Origin: Salpingoeca rosetta | Lineage: Eukaryota; Protista; Choanoflagellata | Length of the DNA: 64,000 nucleotides | Direction of reading: 5' to 3' | Assembly: GCA_033442325.1 (NCBI GenBank) | Contig: JAWQFM010000020.1 | Span: forward strand, 842,819 to 906,818 | In this document: piece by piece, positions 63,993 to 64,000 of the stretch | How positions within the stretch are numbered: the first letter of the stretch is position 1 | Layout: each line of letters begins with the position of its first letter | Program-made: the position numbers and the translations under genes | The notes under the pieces: model-generated | Databases searched by the model: none | The model's input: the letters and a program-made list of their open reading frames with translations, nothing else | What the model was told of the DNA's origin: nothing

Positions 63993-64000
63993 CGACGAAC
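51942..64000 (-). CDS. STAND-type NTPase: PH-like domain, DUF4062-like domain, P-loop (NACHT/AAA-like) NTPase, TPR array (NPHP3/TTC41/NWD-like); 5' end outside window, spans a gap
   Basis: PH C-terminal helix LVFQPES..ESAADCAEWVTALQMAV. AFLSSTFRDTTAERNVLF..LVDM at ~60870-60990. Walker A GPSGSGKST at 58249-58275 and Walker B IVL|IIDSLDE. TCSRNGLNADEL. TPRs such as SYNNIAIIHKREGRYEQALETYNQAL and ALFNLGLVAFRQERY. Last exon TYDADHPQV...SEA* ends at 51942. Confidence 0.75.
61186..61285. other. Assembly gap (100 N)
   Basis: Run of N. The flanking sequence looks low quality. Confidence 1.

Overview
Eukaryotic, intron-rich genomic DNA. Most introns carry (CA)n/(TG)n microsatellites and the exons are GC-rich. 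This style, together with the gene content, suggests a choanoflagellate such as Salpingoeca rosetta (inference). Most ORFs in the supplied track are microsatellite artefacts. Manual splicing (GT-AG, phase-checked where stated) supports 11 protein-coding genes: (1) an intronless U-box/VWA/Vint(Hint) gene; (2) CFAP99, divergent from gene 1, with an RFX-like site in the shared promoter; (3) an OTUD4/ALG13-like OTU deubiquitinase; (4) a SAP plus bZIP-basic-region protein; (5) a PTEN-C2-(UBA)-FH1-FH2 formin whose PTEN CX5R motif is intact across an intron; (6) ALDH7A1; (7) an intronless ankyrin protein with a possible SOCS/BC box; (8) a giant (~2,700 aa estimated) CAP-Gly/coiled-coil protein with a C-terminal TM anchor; (9) a CRELD protein with an extra H-lectin-like domain and KDEL; (10) a secreted mucin/coiled-coil/Sushi protein; (11) a 5'-truncated PH/DUF4062-like/P-loop NTPase/TPR STAND protein. 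There are two 100-N assembly gaps. I found no RNA genes, CRISPR arrays or recognisable transposons. Domain calls come from motif recognition by eye; no database searches were run.
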